Source: an uncultured Acidobacteriota bacterium (GTDB lineage: Bacteria > Acidobacteriota > Blastocatellia > RBC074). From it: a stretch of 64,000 bases of DNA. The first letter of the stretch is position 1. The number at the start of each line of letters is the position of its first letter. Position numbers and translations under genes: made by a program. Below are positions 11,522 through 22,213 of the stretch, piece after piece. The stretch is from contig CAWCKY010000006.1 of assembly GCA_963796275.1 (NCBI GenBank), positions 2,176,001 to 2,240,000 of the forward strand, read 5' to 3'. Under the pieces are notes generated by a model, which saw only the letters and a program-made list of their open reading frames with translations, did no database searches and was not told where the DNA came from.

Positions 11522-12799
11522 ATGAAAATCAAACGAAGCACACTTATCTTCATAGGATTGATCGCCTCAGGGCTGTTCATCGCCGTCTATAGTCAAACCC
11601 AGAACCCCGTGGAGTTTTCCACGCCGCCGGGAAGCGGCAAACGGATCGTATTAACCTCGAAGGGGTTGCCCAAACCATTCGCTTCAGAATCCGTTCGCAA
11701 TGGTCCAAAAATTATTCCCCAACCATCGGGCGCGAGGTTGGAACTTCCGCCGGGCTTCGAACTTTCGGTATTCAGTGAAGGTGGGTACAACAATCCGCGC
11801 TGGATAAAAGAAGGACCGAACGGCGACCTTTTTCTGGCTGATGAGCGGGAAAAGACGATCTATCTTTTGCGCGATGCCAATAAGGACGGCAAGATCGACA
11901 ATGAGACCGAACGATTCACTTTCGCCACGGGTCTGGATCGGCCCTTCGGCATGGCCGTACAGAAAATCGGGGCTCAAACGTGGTTCTACGTCGGAAATAC
12001 CGGTTCTGTCGTTCGATTCAAATATACGCCGGGAGAGACAAAGGTCGAGGGAGAAGCCGAGAAACTGTTAGAGGTTCCCATCGGCGGACACTGGACGCGC
12101 GATATTCTATTCAGCCGAGACGGCAAAAAAATGTATGTTTCCGTCGGGTCAGAGTCGAACGTGAATGAAGGCGAAGATCCGCGCCGGGCAGCGATCAATG
12201 AATATAACCCGGATGGTTCGGGGCACCGTATCTTCGCGTCGGGCATTCGCAATCCGGTCGGGTTGGCCTGGAATCCCGCGAATGGTCAGCTCTGGACAGC
12301 CGTCAATGAACGCGATCTGCTCGGTGACGATCTCGTTCCCGAATACGCCACCTCGGTGAAAGACGGCGGTTTTTATGGATGGCCGGATTCGTACATGGGC
12401 CAGAACGCGGATCCGCGGGTTAAGAACCCGCGCAAGGAATTGGTGGCAAGAGCTCTCGTTCCTGATGTCCTCATCGAACCGCACTCGGCGGCGCTCGGCA
12501 TCGTCTTTTACACGGGGAAAATGTTCCCCAAAGAATACCAGGGGGACGCCTTCGTCGCGCTTCATGGATCCTGGAATCGTTCGAGACGCAGCGGCTACAA
12601 AGTCATTCGCATCCCCTTCGCAAATGGAAAACCTGAAGGCGGCTATGAAAACTTTCTGATGGGATGGGTTCCTGATGAAACCGGTGCAAGTGTGTGGGGC
12701 CGACCCGTCGGCGTCACAATGATTCGCGATGGATCCCTGCTGGTCGTCGATGACGGCGGTAAAAAGATCTGGCGTGTGGCCTATTCCGGGAAGAAATAG
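11522..12799 (+). CDS. Glucose/sorbosone dehydrogenase family (PQQ-dependent beta-propeller), exported
   Basis: Signal peptide, GHWTR, MYVSVGS, GIRNPVG, NERD.LGD, HGSWNR and WGRPVGV. Confidence 0.9.
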   Translation: MKIKRSTLIFIGLIASGLFIAVYSQTQNPVEFSTPPGSGKRIVLTSKGLPKPFASESVRNGPKIIPQPSGARLELPPGFELSVFSEGGYNNPRWIKEGPNGDLFLADEREKTIYLLRDANKDGKIDNETERFTFATGLDRPFGMAVQKIGAQTWFYVGNTGSVVRFKYTPGETKVEGEAEKLLEVPIGGHWTRDILFSRDGKKMYVSVGSESNVNEGEDPRRAAINEYNPDGSGHRIFASGIRNPVGLAWNPANGQLWTAVNERDLLGDDLVPEYATSVKDGGFYGWPDSYMGQNADPRVKNPRKELVARALVPDVLIEPHSAALGIVFYTGKMFPKEYQGDAFVALHGSWNRSRRSGYKVIRIPFANGKPEGGYENFLMGWVPDETGASVWGRPVGVTMIRDGSLLVVDDGGKKIWRVAYSGKK

Positions 12800-13006
12800 A
12801 CTGACGCTAACAATGCAAGCGAGCTTATCCGTGGTGGGCAACCAGAAATGCGCAGTCCTGTCGCCTGGATGGGGCCGGTGACTTCGTAATGGTTGTCCAC
12901 TCACTGCCGATGGTAGTGGTCTGTATTGTTAGCCGGAATAGTACGCGAGCCGTTTGAGTCGATATTGGTGGAACGCCGCGGAAAGTGTAACTTCCCAACC
13001 TGCTAC

Positions 13007-13582
13007 CTATTGACTGTCAGGCTGTACCGCCAGGGAAATGGCATCTTTTAATACCTTTCTGCCATCTCTCTCATCATAACCGACAACTCGCTTGATCATT
13101 GTCCCATTCGAATGAAAGACAAAGGTTTGCGGAATGCTGATTGCCGTTTCAGCCCGATTGAAAAAGTAATATAGCGAGAGTGGAGTGAAAGCCACTTCGT
13201 AGTCGATCGAAAATTCGCTCATAAAATCTTTGACCGCTTTGACGTTCTTATGGTCTTCGTAGGTCAACCCTAGAACGATCAGACCGTCCTTCTTATATTC
13301 TCGAGCGAGATCGACAAGGTGCGGAATTTCCTGGCGACACGGACCACACCAGGTTGCCCAGATATTCAGGACGACCGGTTTGCCCTCACCGAGCAGCGTA
13401 TTGAGGTCGGTGCGTTTGCCATCCAGGGTTCTAATCTTAATATTCTTCGCACGAAGACCATCTAATGATGGTGATACTGATATCGGTGAAATTCTTTGCG
13501 GGAAGGTAAAGGGGCTCAGTGAAAATGCGATAACGATCGCAAGTAAACCCCCTTTCAAACCTGCGGCTGAGGCTAATTTCAT
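13007..13582 (-). CDS. TlpA/ResA-family thiol-disulfide oxidoreductase
   Basis: NIWATWCGPCRQEIP and IPQT cis-Pro loop. The ATG at 13582 precedes a hydrophobic leader. Confidence 0.88.
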   Translation of the reverse strand: MKLASAAGLKGGLLAIVIAFSLSPFTFPQRISPISVSPSLDGLRAKNIKIRTLDGKRTDLNTLLGEGKPVVLNIWATWCGPCRQEIPHLVDLAREYKKDGLIVLGLTYEDHKNVKAVKDFMSEFSIDYEVAFTPLSLYYFFNRAETAISIPQTFVFHSNGTMIKRVVGYDERDGRKVLKDAISLAVQPDSQ

Positions 13583-13848
13583 TCGGGTTCGCCTTTCGTT
13601 AACCGAAAATTTGCCGGTACGACTTTTCTTTCCGCTCGACCTTTTGGCCAAGTTGAGTGCGGGCAATTATACAAAACATTTTTAAAACTTGAACCACAAC
13701 ATCGAGTACATCGGGAATTAACTCGATCGCGGCGAATATTTGCGTCGATTCGTTCTGCCGTTGCTTCATATAAAAATCTATTTGAAAGAAGTTCTATTGC
13801 AAGTTCATGGATGCAGGCTTAGGATCGCGGCAAGCCGAGCTTCCGGGG

Positions 13849-14011
13849 GGACGAGCGCAACCGCGCTATTCGCTGTACACGATGGAAGTCTGTGGCGACA
13901 GAGAACCAACCTTGGAAACTGTACGACATTGAAGCCGACCGCAGCGAAATGAACAACCTGGCGACGAATCATCCCGAGAAGGTGAAAGCGTTGTTCAAAT
14001 GGGCTGTGTGA
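13849..14011 (+). pseudogene. Remnant: C-terminal fragment of an arylsulfatase
   Basis: Manual translation DERNRAIRCTRWKSVATENQPWKLYDIEADRSEMNNLATNHPEKVKALFKW resembles the sulfatase C-terminal WKL...ELYD...D..E..NLA...PEKV signature. No start or catalytic domain. Confidence 0.6.
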
Positions 14012-14063
14012 GCGTGCGCTATTTGCTGCCGCTGGACGCGTGGCGGGCAGCGGAGAGGCGGCG

Positions 14064-15407
14064 ATGAAATCATTATGGCAAATCGTAGTTGTCGCGGCGC
14101 TGATTGCCGCCAGTGACACAGGCGTTGGCGCATTAAAGAGCCCGAGCGGCGCGGCCTCTCCGCCGAACATCGTTATGATCGTTTCGGACGATCACGGCTG
14201 GACGGATTATGGGTTCATGGGACATCCGCACATAAAGACGCCGAACCTGGATAAGCTGGCATCGCAGTCGCTGACCTTCACGCGCGGTTATGTGCCGACA
14301 GCGCTCTGTTCGCCCAGCCTGGCGTCTCTCATCACCGGGCGATATCCACATGAGCATCTCATCACCTACAACGATCCGCCGGCACCCCCGGGCGGCAAGC
14401 AAGGCGATTGGCGAAACCGGCCCGAATATGTTGCCGCGTGGAACGAGATGCGCTCCTTCATCACGCGCTTTCCAACTCTCCCACGATTATTGCGACAGAA
14501 GGGTTATCTCAGCCTGCAAACCGGCAAGTGGTGGCTGGGGGATTACGCGAACGGCGGCTTCACCGACGGGATGAGCCACGGCGATAAGGAGCGTGGCGGG
14601 CGTCACGGTGATATCGGGCTGGATATCGGGCGGAAGACGATGCAGCCGATCTACGATTTCATCGGCAAAGCGCGCCGGGAGCAGAAGCCTTTCTTCGTCT
14701 GGTACGCGCCTATACTGCCGCACAGCCCTCACAACGCGCCCCAGCATCTGATAGAGAAATATAAAGGCAAGGCGCCGAGTGTGCAGCACGCACGGTATTG
14801 GGCGAACGTAGAATGGTTCGACGAAACCTGCGGGCAGTTGCTCGATCACATCGACCGGGCAGGGATGGCGGAAAACACCATCGTCATTTATGTGACCGAC
14901 AACGGTTGGGTGCAGGGGCCAGACGCCGATGCTCAGAGTCTGCGTTCCAAGCGGACACCGTATGAAGCCGGAGTGCGCACTCCGATCATGATCCGCTGGC
15001 CGGGCAAGGTGAAGCCTGGCAGATCGGCCAGGCTGGCGACATCACTCGATATATTACCGACAGCGCTCGCCGCCGCCGGAGTGAAGCCTCAGGCCCGATT
15101 GCCCGGCATCAATCTACTCGATGCGAAGTCCGTCAGTTCGCGCACCACGATTTATGGGGCGTGCTTCACGCATGACGCGGTGGATCTGCGCGACCCTTCG
15201 GCCAATGTGTTATCGCGCTGGGTGATTGAGGGTGACTGGAAACTGATCGCCCCGGTCGCGGGCAGGGAAGGCGAGGATGTTCCGCCGAACAGGCTTCAGC
15301 TATACAACGTGGTAGATGATCCGATGGAAAGCAGTAACTTGACAGATAAAGAAGCATCGCGCGTCGAAGCATTACGGCGAAAACTGGACACTTGGTGGAA
15401 GCCGTAA
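14064..15407 (+). CDS. Sulfatase (S1, formylglycine-dependent family), exported
   Basis: PNIVMIVSDD, TPNLD, CSPSL...ITGRY, GKW, DNG and ELY-like C-terminus. Confidence 0.9.
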   Translation: MKSLWQIVVVAALIAASDTGVGALKSPSGAASPPNIVMIVSDDHGWTDYGFMGHPHIKTPNLDKLASQSLTFTRGYVPTALCSPSLASLITGRYPHEHLITYNDPPAPPGGKQGDWRNRPEYVAAWNEMRSFITRFPTLPRLLRQKGYLSLQTGKWWLGDYANGGFTDGMSHGDKERGGRHGDIGLDIGRKTMQPIYDFIGKARREQKPFFVWYAPILPHSPHNAPQHLIEKYKGKAPSVQHARYWANVEWFDETCGQLLDHIDRAGMAENTIVIYVTDNGWVQGPDADAQSLRSKRTPYEAGVRTPIMIRWPGKVKPGRSARLATSLDILPTALAAAGVKPQARLPGINLLDAKSVSSRTTIYGACFTHDAVDLRDPSANVLSRWVIEGDWKLIAPVAGREGEDVPPNRLQLYNVVDDPMESSNLTDKEASRVEALRRKLDTWWKP

Positions 15408-15590
15408 ATTCACGCTCGAATCGGAGCAGCACCGATCTTGGCGGTACGTTGAATGGGGAGGCGGCGGTGCGATGCTCTTCGACCGCGCCAACAACCCACA
15501 CGAGCAAGACAGTTGCAAAGATGAAAAGAGTTGCTTAAGCGGTTGAACTATACGGTCTAAAAAGACATCTCTATCTCCGGAACGAAAACC

Positions 15591-17243
15591 ATGAGCATTC
15601 AGCGCGTTCTATTCACTATTTTCTCGCTTATCCTGATATGGCAGTCGCCCGCCGGTAGGGCGCAACGAAGTCCTGCGCGGCCCAACATCCTCTTCTGTTT
15701 CGCCGATGACTGGGGGCGTTATGCCAGCATCTATGCGACGCTGGACAGGCAGCCTTCGCTCAATCAGATCGTCAAAACGCCTAATATCGATCGGATTGCG
15801 CGCGAGGGCGTGCTCTTTCGGCGCGCCTTCGTCAATGCGCCGTCGTGCACGCCGAGCCGCAGTTCGCTGCTATCAGGGCGCTACTTCTTCAACACGGGAC
15901 GCGGCGCGATTTTGCAAACGGCCGAATGGGATTCTTCCATTCCCAGCTACCCTCATTTATTGCGCGACGCCGGTTATCACATCGGAGAGACGTACAAGGT
16001 TTGGAGTCCCGGCGCGCCGGTGGATGCGCCGTTCGGTGCGGGAAAGCACGCGTATGAGAAATCTGGCAATTTACCGAATAATTTCTCGGAGAACGTGACG
16101 AAGATGATGGACGAGGGCCAGACGCTCGAAGCGGCGCGCGCAAATATCTACGATCAGGTGCGCGGCAACTTCGCCGCATTTCTGGCCGATCGCAAAGCGG
16201 AGCAGCCATGGCATTACTGGTTCGGCGCGACGACGACGCATCGTCGCTGGATCAAAGGCTCGGGCAAAAAATTGTGGGGGATCGAACCCGACGATTTGAA
16301 AGGGAAGTTGCCGCCCTTCCTGCCAGACGTGCCCGAAGTGCGCGAAGATGTCGCCGATTACCTGGGCGAAGTGCAGGCATGGGATGCCTACGTCGGATTG
16401 CTACTGAAAAAACTGGAAGAGGCCGGAGAACTGGAGAATACATTGATCGTTGTCAGCGGCGACCACGGTATGCCCGGCGTGACGAATGGCAAATGCAACC
16501 TCTATGACTTTGGCACGAATGTGGCGATGGTGGCACGCCTGCCCAAGGGAATGGGCGGCAAGAGCGGGCGCGTCGTCGATGATCTGATCAGTCTGGTCGA
16601 TCTTGCTCCCACGTTTTTAGAAGCGGCGGGAGTAACCGTACCCGCAGGAATGAACGCGCGCAGCTTCCTCGACGTGCTGAGGTCGGATAAAAACGGTCAG
16701 GTGGATGCCAGCCGCAACTGGGTGATCAGCGGGCGTGAACGCCATGTGGCATTCGCCAACGAAAACAATCTACCGTACCCGCAACGCGCGCTGCGCACTC
16801 GGGAATTTCTCTACATCCGCAACTTCGCGCCGGAACGCTGGCCGCTCGGCACACCCTCTCGAGTCACGGAGACGAGCGCTCCCGGGCAGGATGAACTGGA
16901 GAGCGAGACATACGCCGCCTTTGCCGATATGGATGCCGGCCCGACCAAGGCCTGGCTGGTGCTGCATCGCGGCGACGCACAGTGGAAGCGTTTTTACGAA
17001 ATCGCTTTTGCCCGTCGGCCAGCCGAAGAGCTGTATGACTTAATCAAGGATCCGCATCAGCTCAAAAATGTCGCCGCCGATCCCGCTTACGCGAAAGATC
17101 GCGCGAGACTTCAGGCGCAGTTGATGAAGATTCTGACCGATGCCGGTGACCCGCGCGTGACGGGTGACGGAAAGACGTTCGAACGCCCGCCGTTTACCAA
17201 TCCGAGTCCGCAAGAAAAACAAAGAAGGCCGAATAGCCACTGA
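15591..17243 (+). CDS. Sulfatase (N-sulfoglucosamine sulfohydrolase-like), exported
   Basis: PNILFCFADD, CTPSR, GDHG, GRERH and EELYDL. Confidence 0.92.
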   Translation: MSIQRVLFTIFSLILIWQSPAGRAQRSPARPNILFCFADDWGRYASIYATLDRQPSLNQIVKTPNIDRIAREGVLFRRAFVNAPSCTPSRSSLLSGRYFFNTGRGAILQTAEWDSSIPSYPHLLRDAGYHIGETYKVWSPGAPVDAPFGAGKHAYEKSGNLPNNFSENVTKMMDEGQTLEAARANIYDQVRGNFAAFLADRKAEQPWHYWFGATTTHRRWIKGSGKKLWGIEPDDLKGKLPPFLPDVPEVREDVADYLGEVQAWDAYVGLLLKKLEEAGELENTLIVVSGDHGMPGVTNGKCNLYDFGTNVAMVARLPKGMGGKSGRVVDDLISLVDLAPTFLEAAGVTVPAGMNARSFLDVLRSDKNGQVDASRNWVISGRERHVAFANENNLPYPQRALRTREFLYIRNFAPERWPLGTPSRVTETSAPGQDELESETYAAFADMDAGPTKAWLVLHRGDAQWKRFYEIAFARRPAEELYDLIKDPHQLKNVAADPAYAKDRARLQAQLMKILTDAGDPRVTGDGKTFERPPFTNPSPQEKQRRPNSH

Positions 17244-17358
17244 TAATCCGGCAAAGGGTGACAGGTGCGAAATAGGGCAAACGAAGCAAATAGGTTTTTG
17301 TTCGGTTTGTCGTTTTGCCTTGTTGGTTCCCTGTTAGCTTTAAGAATAGAGGCAAGAC

Positions 17359-20300
17359 ATGGCACGAAATAAACGCTCAACCCTGTTCATTTTATTGCTC
17401 TTTGCGATCGCCAGCCCAGATCTTTCGATGGCACAATCGCCGCAAGCGACGATCTCCGGCATCGTCACCGACACGACCGGAGCAGTTGTTCCCGGCGTTC
17501 AAGTGATAGCGATCAATCCCGCCACGACACAGCGCACGACTGCGGTGACCAACGATCGGGGATTTTTCGTCCTGACGCAGCTTCCTATCGGAGATCACAC
17601 AATCGAGGCGGAAAAGACCGGTTTCAAGAAATTCGTGCGGCAGGGATTGACTCTGACCACGGGCGCGACGCTCCCGCTCGATATTCAGCTCGAAATCGGC
17701 TCCGCCACTGATACGGTAACGATCACCGGCGAAACTCCGTTGTTGCAAACGCGAACCTCCGATGTAAGCACATTGATCGAATCGAAGACCGTGCAGGATT
17801 TGCCGCTCGGCGACCGGCGCACGCTCAATATCATCAAGTTGACGGGAGCGGCAGTCTTCGTCAATTACGACAGCGGCGCCAAGCCGAACTTCTCGCTCGC
17901 CGGCGGACGCACGCAATCGCAGATGTTCTGGATTGACGGCGGATCGGGCCAGAACATGCGTCTGGGCATCGGGCAGGTGGACATTGACCCACCGGTCGAG
18001 ACCGTGCAGGAGGTCAAGGTGCTTTCGAACAATTACGCGGCGGAATACGGCGGTTCGGCGGGCGGCGTGATCATCGCCACGACCAAATCGGGCGGTAATC
18101 AATTTCACGGCTCGTTGTTCGAGTATCTGCGGAATGATGCGCTGGACGCGGTCAATTTCTTCGCGCCGGTAATGAATGGCGAGAGACAGAAGGCGCCGCT
18201 GCGTTACAACGTATTTGGCGGCACGCTCGGCGGCCCCGTCTGGCTGCCCAAGAAAGTCTTCGGTCCCGCCGGCTACGATGGCCACAACAAGACATTTTTC
18301 TTCTTCGCATATGAAGGCACACGCCGGCTGGAGGGGCTTACGCGCACGATGACGGTTCCGACGCTGCTGCAACGGCAGGGCGATTTTTCCGAGATGCTTG
18401 GTGCCCTGCAATGCGCCAACGCGGCGGGCGCCACAGGCAATTGCGGCGGTGCGTTTACCTCGCCATATTTCGTCTCCGACACCGAGGGGAATCGCGTGCA
18501 GGGCCGCGCCGGAATGATCTTCGATCCGGCAACCAATCGCGGGGAAGGTGGGCGTACCGTCCGCACGCAATTCGCCGGAAACAAAATTCCGTCGGATCGC
18601 CTAGACCAGGTGGCGTTGAATCTTCTCGAATTTTATCCGATTCCCAGTCAGGCGCCGTCCGGTGTGACGGGCGCTAATAATTTCAGTGGGAACTACCAGC
18701 AGATTCTTGGGCGCAACAACTACACGGTGAAGCTGGATCACAACTTCACCGAACGCGATCGCCTCAACTTCCGCTATCTCTACAACAGCGACGATCGCAA
18801 TTTCACGACTGTCTTTCCGAACATAGTGGCAGAGACCAACACGCGCGCGCTGCGCCACCAGAACTATTTTTACTGGGGCTACACGCGGACGTTCAGTCCG
18901 ACGGTCATCAACGAATTGCGCTACACTTACAGCAATCGCATCAATCACGAGCAATCATTCGGGCTGGGCGAATCCTGGGCGACGCGGCTCGGGGTGAATG
19001 GTGTTCCCGACGGCGCCTTTCCGCGGATCAACGTCGCGGGCGTGACGTCGCTCGGAGCTGCAATGCACGAGCGAGCGCAGCTCCCCATTCAACAACATCA
19101 ATTCGTCAACAACCTCTCGGTCACGCGCGGGCGCCACTCGCTGAAGATGGGCGTGGAGTTCCGCGAATCGCTCAATTACGAGACCAACCGCACATCGATC
19201 GCGGGGCAGTTCAACTTCACCACCTTGCTGACTGGACAGCCGGGCAACGCCGCGACGGGCATCGGCCTGGCGAGTTTTCTGCTCGGTTATCCGAATGGCG
19301 TGACTTTTCGCGAGACCGAGGCGTTGGATCGCTACAGCTGGTATCTGGCGGGATTTTTCCAGGACGACTGGACGATCAATCAATCGCTGACGCTCAATTT
19401 CGGCTTGCGCTGGGAGACCGACACGCCGATCACCGATCGCGACAACCGCATGAACAGCTTCGATCCGCGGGCGATCAACCCAGTTTCGGGGACACGAGGC
19501 GTCGTCAAATTCGCCGGGCAGGAAGGCTGGCCAGCGCAGCCGTACGAGACCGACTGGAACAACTTCGGACCGCGCCTCGGCTTCGCGTGGCGCCCATTCG
19601 GACGGCAAAGGACCGTCATTCGCGGCGGCGCAGGCATCTTCTTTGCGCATCCGTTCGATCGCGGCGCGCCCAATTCTGCTTCACTCGGCTTTGAAAGTTC
19701 GGCCAGCATAAACACGCAGGACAACGGACTGACTGCTCCCTTCCTGCTGCGTGAAGGCGTACCGGAGTTGTCCTTGAGCGGCGCGGAACGTAATGACAGT
19801 TTGGGGGCGGTGCGCGTCGGGCAGGCAGCGACGACGGCGGTGACTTTCTTCGAGCAGGATCGCCGCACGGGATATTCCGGGCAATTCAATCTCAACATTC
19901 AACAGGAGCTGCCGGGGCAGATCATCTTCGAGGCCGGATACCTCGGCAATCTGTCGCGCAAGCTGGCGAGCGCCAACATCACCATCAATCAGATCACGCC
20001 GGAGCGTCTGGCCGAGATCGCTGCCCGGCCAGATGCTGCGCAGCGCGTCGGCCGCCAGATCGATCGCCCCTACCCGCAGTTCTCCGGCGTCTCACTGGTT
20101 GCGCCTGCATTCGGCATCTCGAACTATCACGCTCTCGTGTTGCGCGCGGAGAAACGATTCGCGGCCGGGTTCAATTTCCTGACTACCTACACCTGGTCGA
20201 AATTTTTGAACAACACCGACGATGGCGGCGCCGCACTGGGCGACGATCCTTCATACTCGAACTATTATGACCGCGGTTCCGATTACGGCCCATCGGGCAA

Positions 20301-20841
20301 TGACGTCCGCCACCGCTTTACGGTCAGTTCGGTCTACGAACTGCCGGTCGGGCGCGGCAAACGCTACCTGGCAAATGGTCCGCTGGGGTTGATCGCTGGG
20401 AACTGGTCTGTAGGTATGTTGGCGCTGATGCAATCGGGCCCGCCGGCGACCGTCACGACCCAGACCAACAATACCAATGCCTTTTCCGCGGGCGGACAGC
20501 GTGCCGACAATCTGCACGATCCGAATCTGAGCTCGTCCGAGCGGACGCTCGACCGCTGGTTCGACAAATCGGCCTTCGCTCAACCAGCCGAATTCGCCTT
20601 CGGTACAAGCGGGCGCGGCACGATTCGCGGCGACGGTGTGATCAACTTCGACATTTCGCTGCTCAAGAATTTCTTCTTCGCGGAACAGAAAGGATTCCAG
20701 ATCAGGTTGGAGATGTTCAACGCGTTCAACCATCCCGATTTCGGATTGCCTAGCACGACCTTCGGCGATCCGGGGTTCGGCGAGGTCTCGAGTGCGCGCA
20801 CCGGACGAACCATTCAGGTGGGCTTGCGCTTGGTTTTCTGA
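17359..20841 (+). CDS. TonB-dependent receptor
   Basis: Signal peptide, AEYGGSAG, FEYLRNDALD, QDDW, NFGPRLGFAW and FNAFNHPDF, with C-terminal F. Confidence 0.93.
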   Translation: MARNKRSTLFILLLFAIASPDLSMAQSPQATISGIVTDTTGAVVPGVQVIAINPATTQRTTAVTNDRGFFVLTQLPIGDHTIEAEKTGFKKFVRQGLTLTTGATLPLDIQLEIGSATDTVTITGETPLLQTRTSDVSTLIESKTVQDLPLGDRRTLNIIKLTGAAVFVNYDSGAKPNFSLAGGRTQSQMFWIDGGSGQNMRLGIGQVDIDPPVETVQEVKVLSNNYAAEYGGSAGGVIIATTKSGGNQFHGSLFEYLRNDALDAVNFFAPVMNGERQKAPLRYNVFGGTLGGPVWLPKKVFGPAGYDGHNKTFFFFAYEGTRRLEGLTRTMTVPTLLQRQGDFSEMLGALQCANAAGATGNCGGAFTSPYFVSDTEGNRVQGRAGMIFDPATNRGEGGRTVRTQFAGNKIPSDRLDQVALNLLEFYPIPSQAPSGVTGANNFSGNYQQILGRNNYTVKLDHNFTERDRLNFRYLYNSDDRNFTTVFPNIVAETNTRALRHQNYFYWGYTRTFSPTVINELRYTYSNRINHEQSFGLGESWATRLGVNGVPDGAFPRINVAGVTSLGAAMHERAQLPIQQHQFVNNLSVTRGRHSLKMGVEFRESLNYETNRTSIAGQFNFTTLLTGQPGNAATGIGLASFLLGYPNGVTFRETEALDRYSWYLAGFFQDDWTINQSLTLNFGLRWETDTPITDRDNRMNSFDPRAINPVSGTRGVVKFAGQEGWPAQPYETDWNNFGPRLGFAWRPFGRQRTVIRGGAGIFFAHPFDRGAPNSASLGFESSASINTQDNGLTAPFLLREGVPELSLSGAERNDSLGAVRVGQAATTAVTFFEQDRRTGYSGQFNLNIQQELPGQIIFEAGYLGNLSRKLASANITINQITPERLAEIAARPDAAQRVGRQIDRPYPQFSGVSLVAPAFGISNYHALVLRAEKRFAAGFNFLTTYTWSKFLNNTDDGGAALGDDPSYSNYYDRGSDYGPSGNDVRHRFTVSSVYELPVGRGKRYLANGPLGLIAGNWSVGMLALMQSGPPATVTTQTNNTNAFSAGGQRADNLHDPNLSSSERTLDRWFDKSAFAQPAEFAFGTSGRGTIRGDGVINFDISLLKNFFFAEQKGFQIRLEMFNAFNHPDFGLPSTTFGDPGFGEVSSARTGRTIQVGLRLVF

Positions 20842-20930
20842 ACTGCCGATACTATGGTTAGTGCTATTGTGTACAAAAATTCTAGAATTTCCTGGGAATT
20901 CGTATCTGCGATCTGCGTACTGGGCTGGGA

Positions 20931-21000
20931 TGGCGGAGCCGTTCGGAGTGCGGTAGCTTGGCTTGGCAAGCAAGCTACCGCACTCTAAAAGGCTCCGCCA
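20931..21000. repeat. Long GC-rich hairpin (REP-like / possible terminator) after the TBDR
   Basis: TGGCGGAGCC..GGAGTGCGGTAGCTTG / CAAGCTACCGCACTCT..GGCTCCGCCA. Confidence 0.65.
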
Positions 21001-21090
21001 CCTCTGAATATCAGTTGAACTTGTCTCGATTTCCGAAGAAATCGAGGAGTCTTGTGACACAGTAGCATTAGTTGCGGAAAGGACTGATAA

Positions 21091-21924
21091 ATGAGAACGC
21101 TTAAATTACCGTCAGGAAGAGTCGTGCCCGTCCTCGGGCAGGGAACCTGGGAGATGGGTGTGAAGAGCAAGCGGCGGCAGGACGAGGTCGCCGCGCTACG
21201 GCAGGGCCTTGATCTCGGGATGAATCTGATCGATACGGCGGAGATGTATGCCGAGGGCGGCGCCGAGGAAGTCGTCGCCGAAGCGATCGCCGGCCGGCGT
21301 GAAGAGGTCTTTGTCGTCAGCAAAGTCTATCCCCACAACGCTACGCGCCGGGGCGCCGTCGAGGCTTGTGAGCGAAGCCTCGAGCGGCTCAAGACCGATC
21401 ACATCGACCTTTATCTGCTTCATTGGCGCGGATCGGTGCCGCTCGCTGAAACATTGGAGGCATTTCAACGGCTCAAGGAGTCAGGAAAGATAATGGACTA
21501 TGGCGTGAGCAACTTCGACGTCTCTGATATGGAGGAGGCGAGCGACCATCCTGGTGGCGATGCGATTGCCACAGATCAAGTCCTCTATAATCTCGCACGC
21601 CGCGGAGTTGAATGGGATTTACTCCCGTGGTGCCGCAGGGGCGGCATACCTTTGATGGCCTACTCTCCGATCGAACAGGGGCGCATATTGGACGATACTG
21701 CGCTGAAGGCGATCGCCTCTCGCCACCAGGCCACCACTGCACAGATAGCGCTAGCCTGGATTCTTCGACAGGACGGGATAATCGCCATTCCGAAGTCCAG
21801 CCGGCTCGAGCACATCCGTGAGAATCATGCATCCCTGAATGTCATTCTCACGGAGAATGACCTGGCCGATCTCGAACGGGAATTCCCTCCACCACGTGTA
21901 AAAAAGCCGCTGGACGTGCTTTGA
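21091..21924 (+). CDS. Aldo/keto reductase
   Basis: LGQGTW, IDTAEMY, VSKV, DLYLLHW, GVSNF, AYSP and IPKS. Confidence 0.93.
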   Translation: MRTLKLPSGRVVPVLGQGTWEMGVKSKRRQDEVAALRQGLDLGMNLIDTAEMYAEGGAEEVVAEAIAGRREEVFVVSKVYPHNATRRGAVEACERSLERLKTDHIDLYLLHWRGSVPLAETLEAFQRLKESGKIMDYGVSNFDVSDMEEASDHPGGDAIATDQVLYNLARRGVEWDLLPWCRRGGIPLMAYSPIEQGRILDDTALKAIASRHQATTAQIALAWILRQDGIIAIPKSSRLEHIRENHASLNVILTENDLADLEREFPPPRVKKPLDVL

Positions 21925-22213
21925 ACCGTGTCGTGACATGAAATGAATAGGAGAATAATGTATCGACCGGACCAAAAATGACTCCGCGCAACATCCAGCT
22001 GAAGACAATAGGCAGAACGAATCGTAATTTTTATAAATACAGTGATTGAGATTAAGTTGACGAGTAAGAAGAGCCAGATATGAATTGCTCTTTCCCCCAA
22101 TCGATTTTATAGTGGGCTGAAATCGCCAGTGATGGCAGGGCTGTAATGACAACTCACCGCGAAATATTTAAGTAATAACTCAAGATAAAGCAGACTTAGG
22201 GGGGACCGCTGAC

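Noticed and set aside
12895-12925. 5S rRNA-like string GCCGATGGTAGTG
   Set aside because: The match is only about 13 nt, with no surrounding 5S structure. It is more likely part of a degenerate palindrome.
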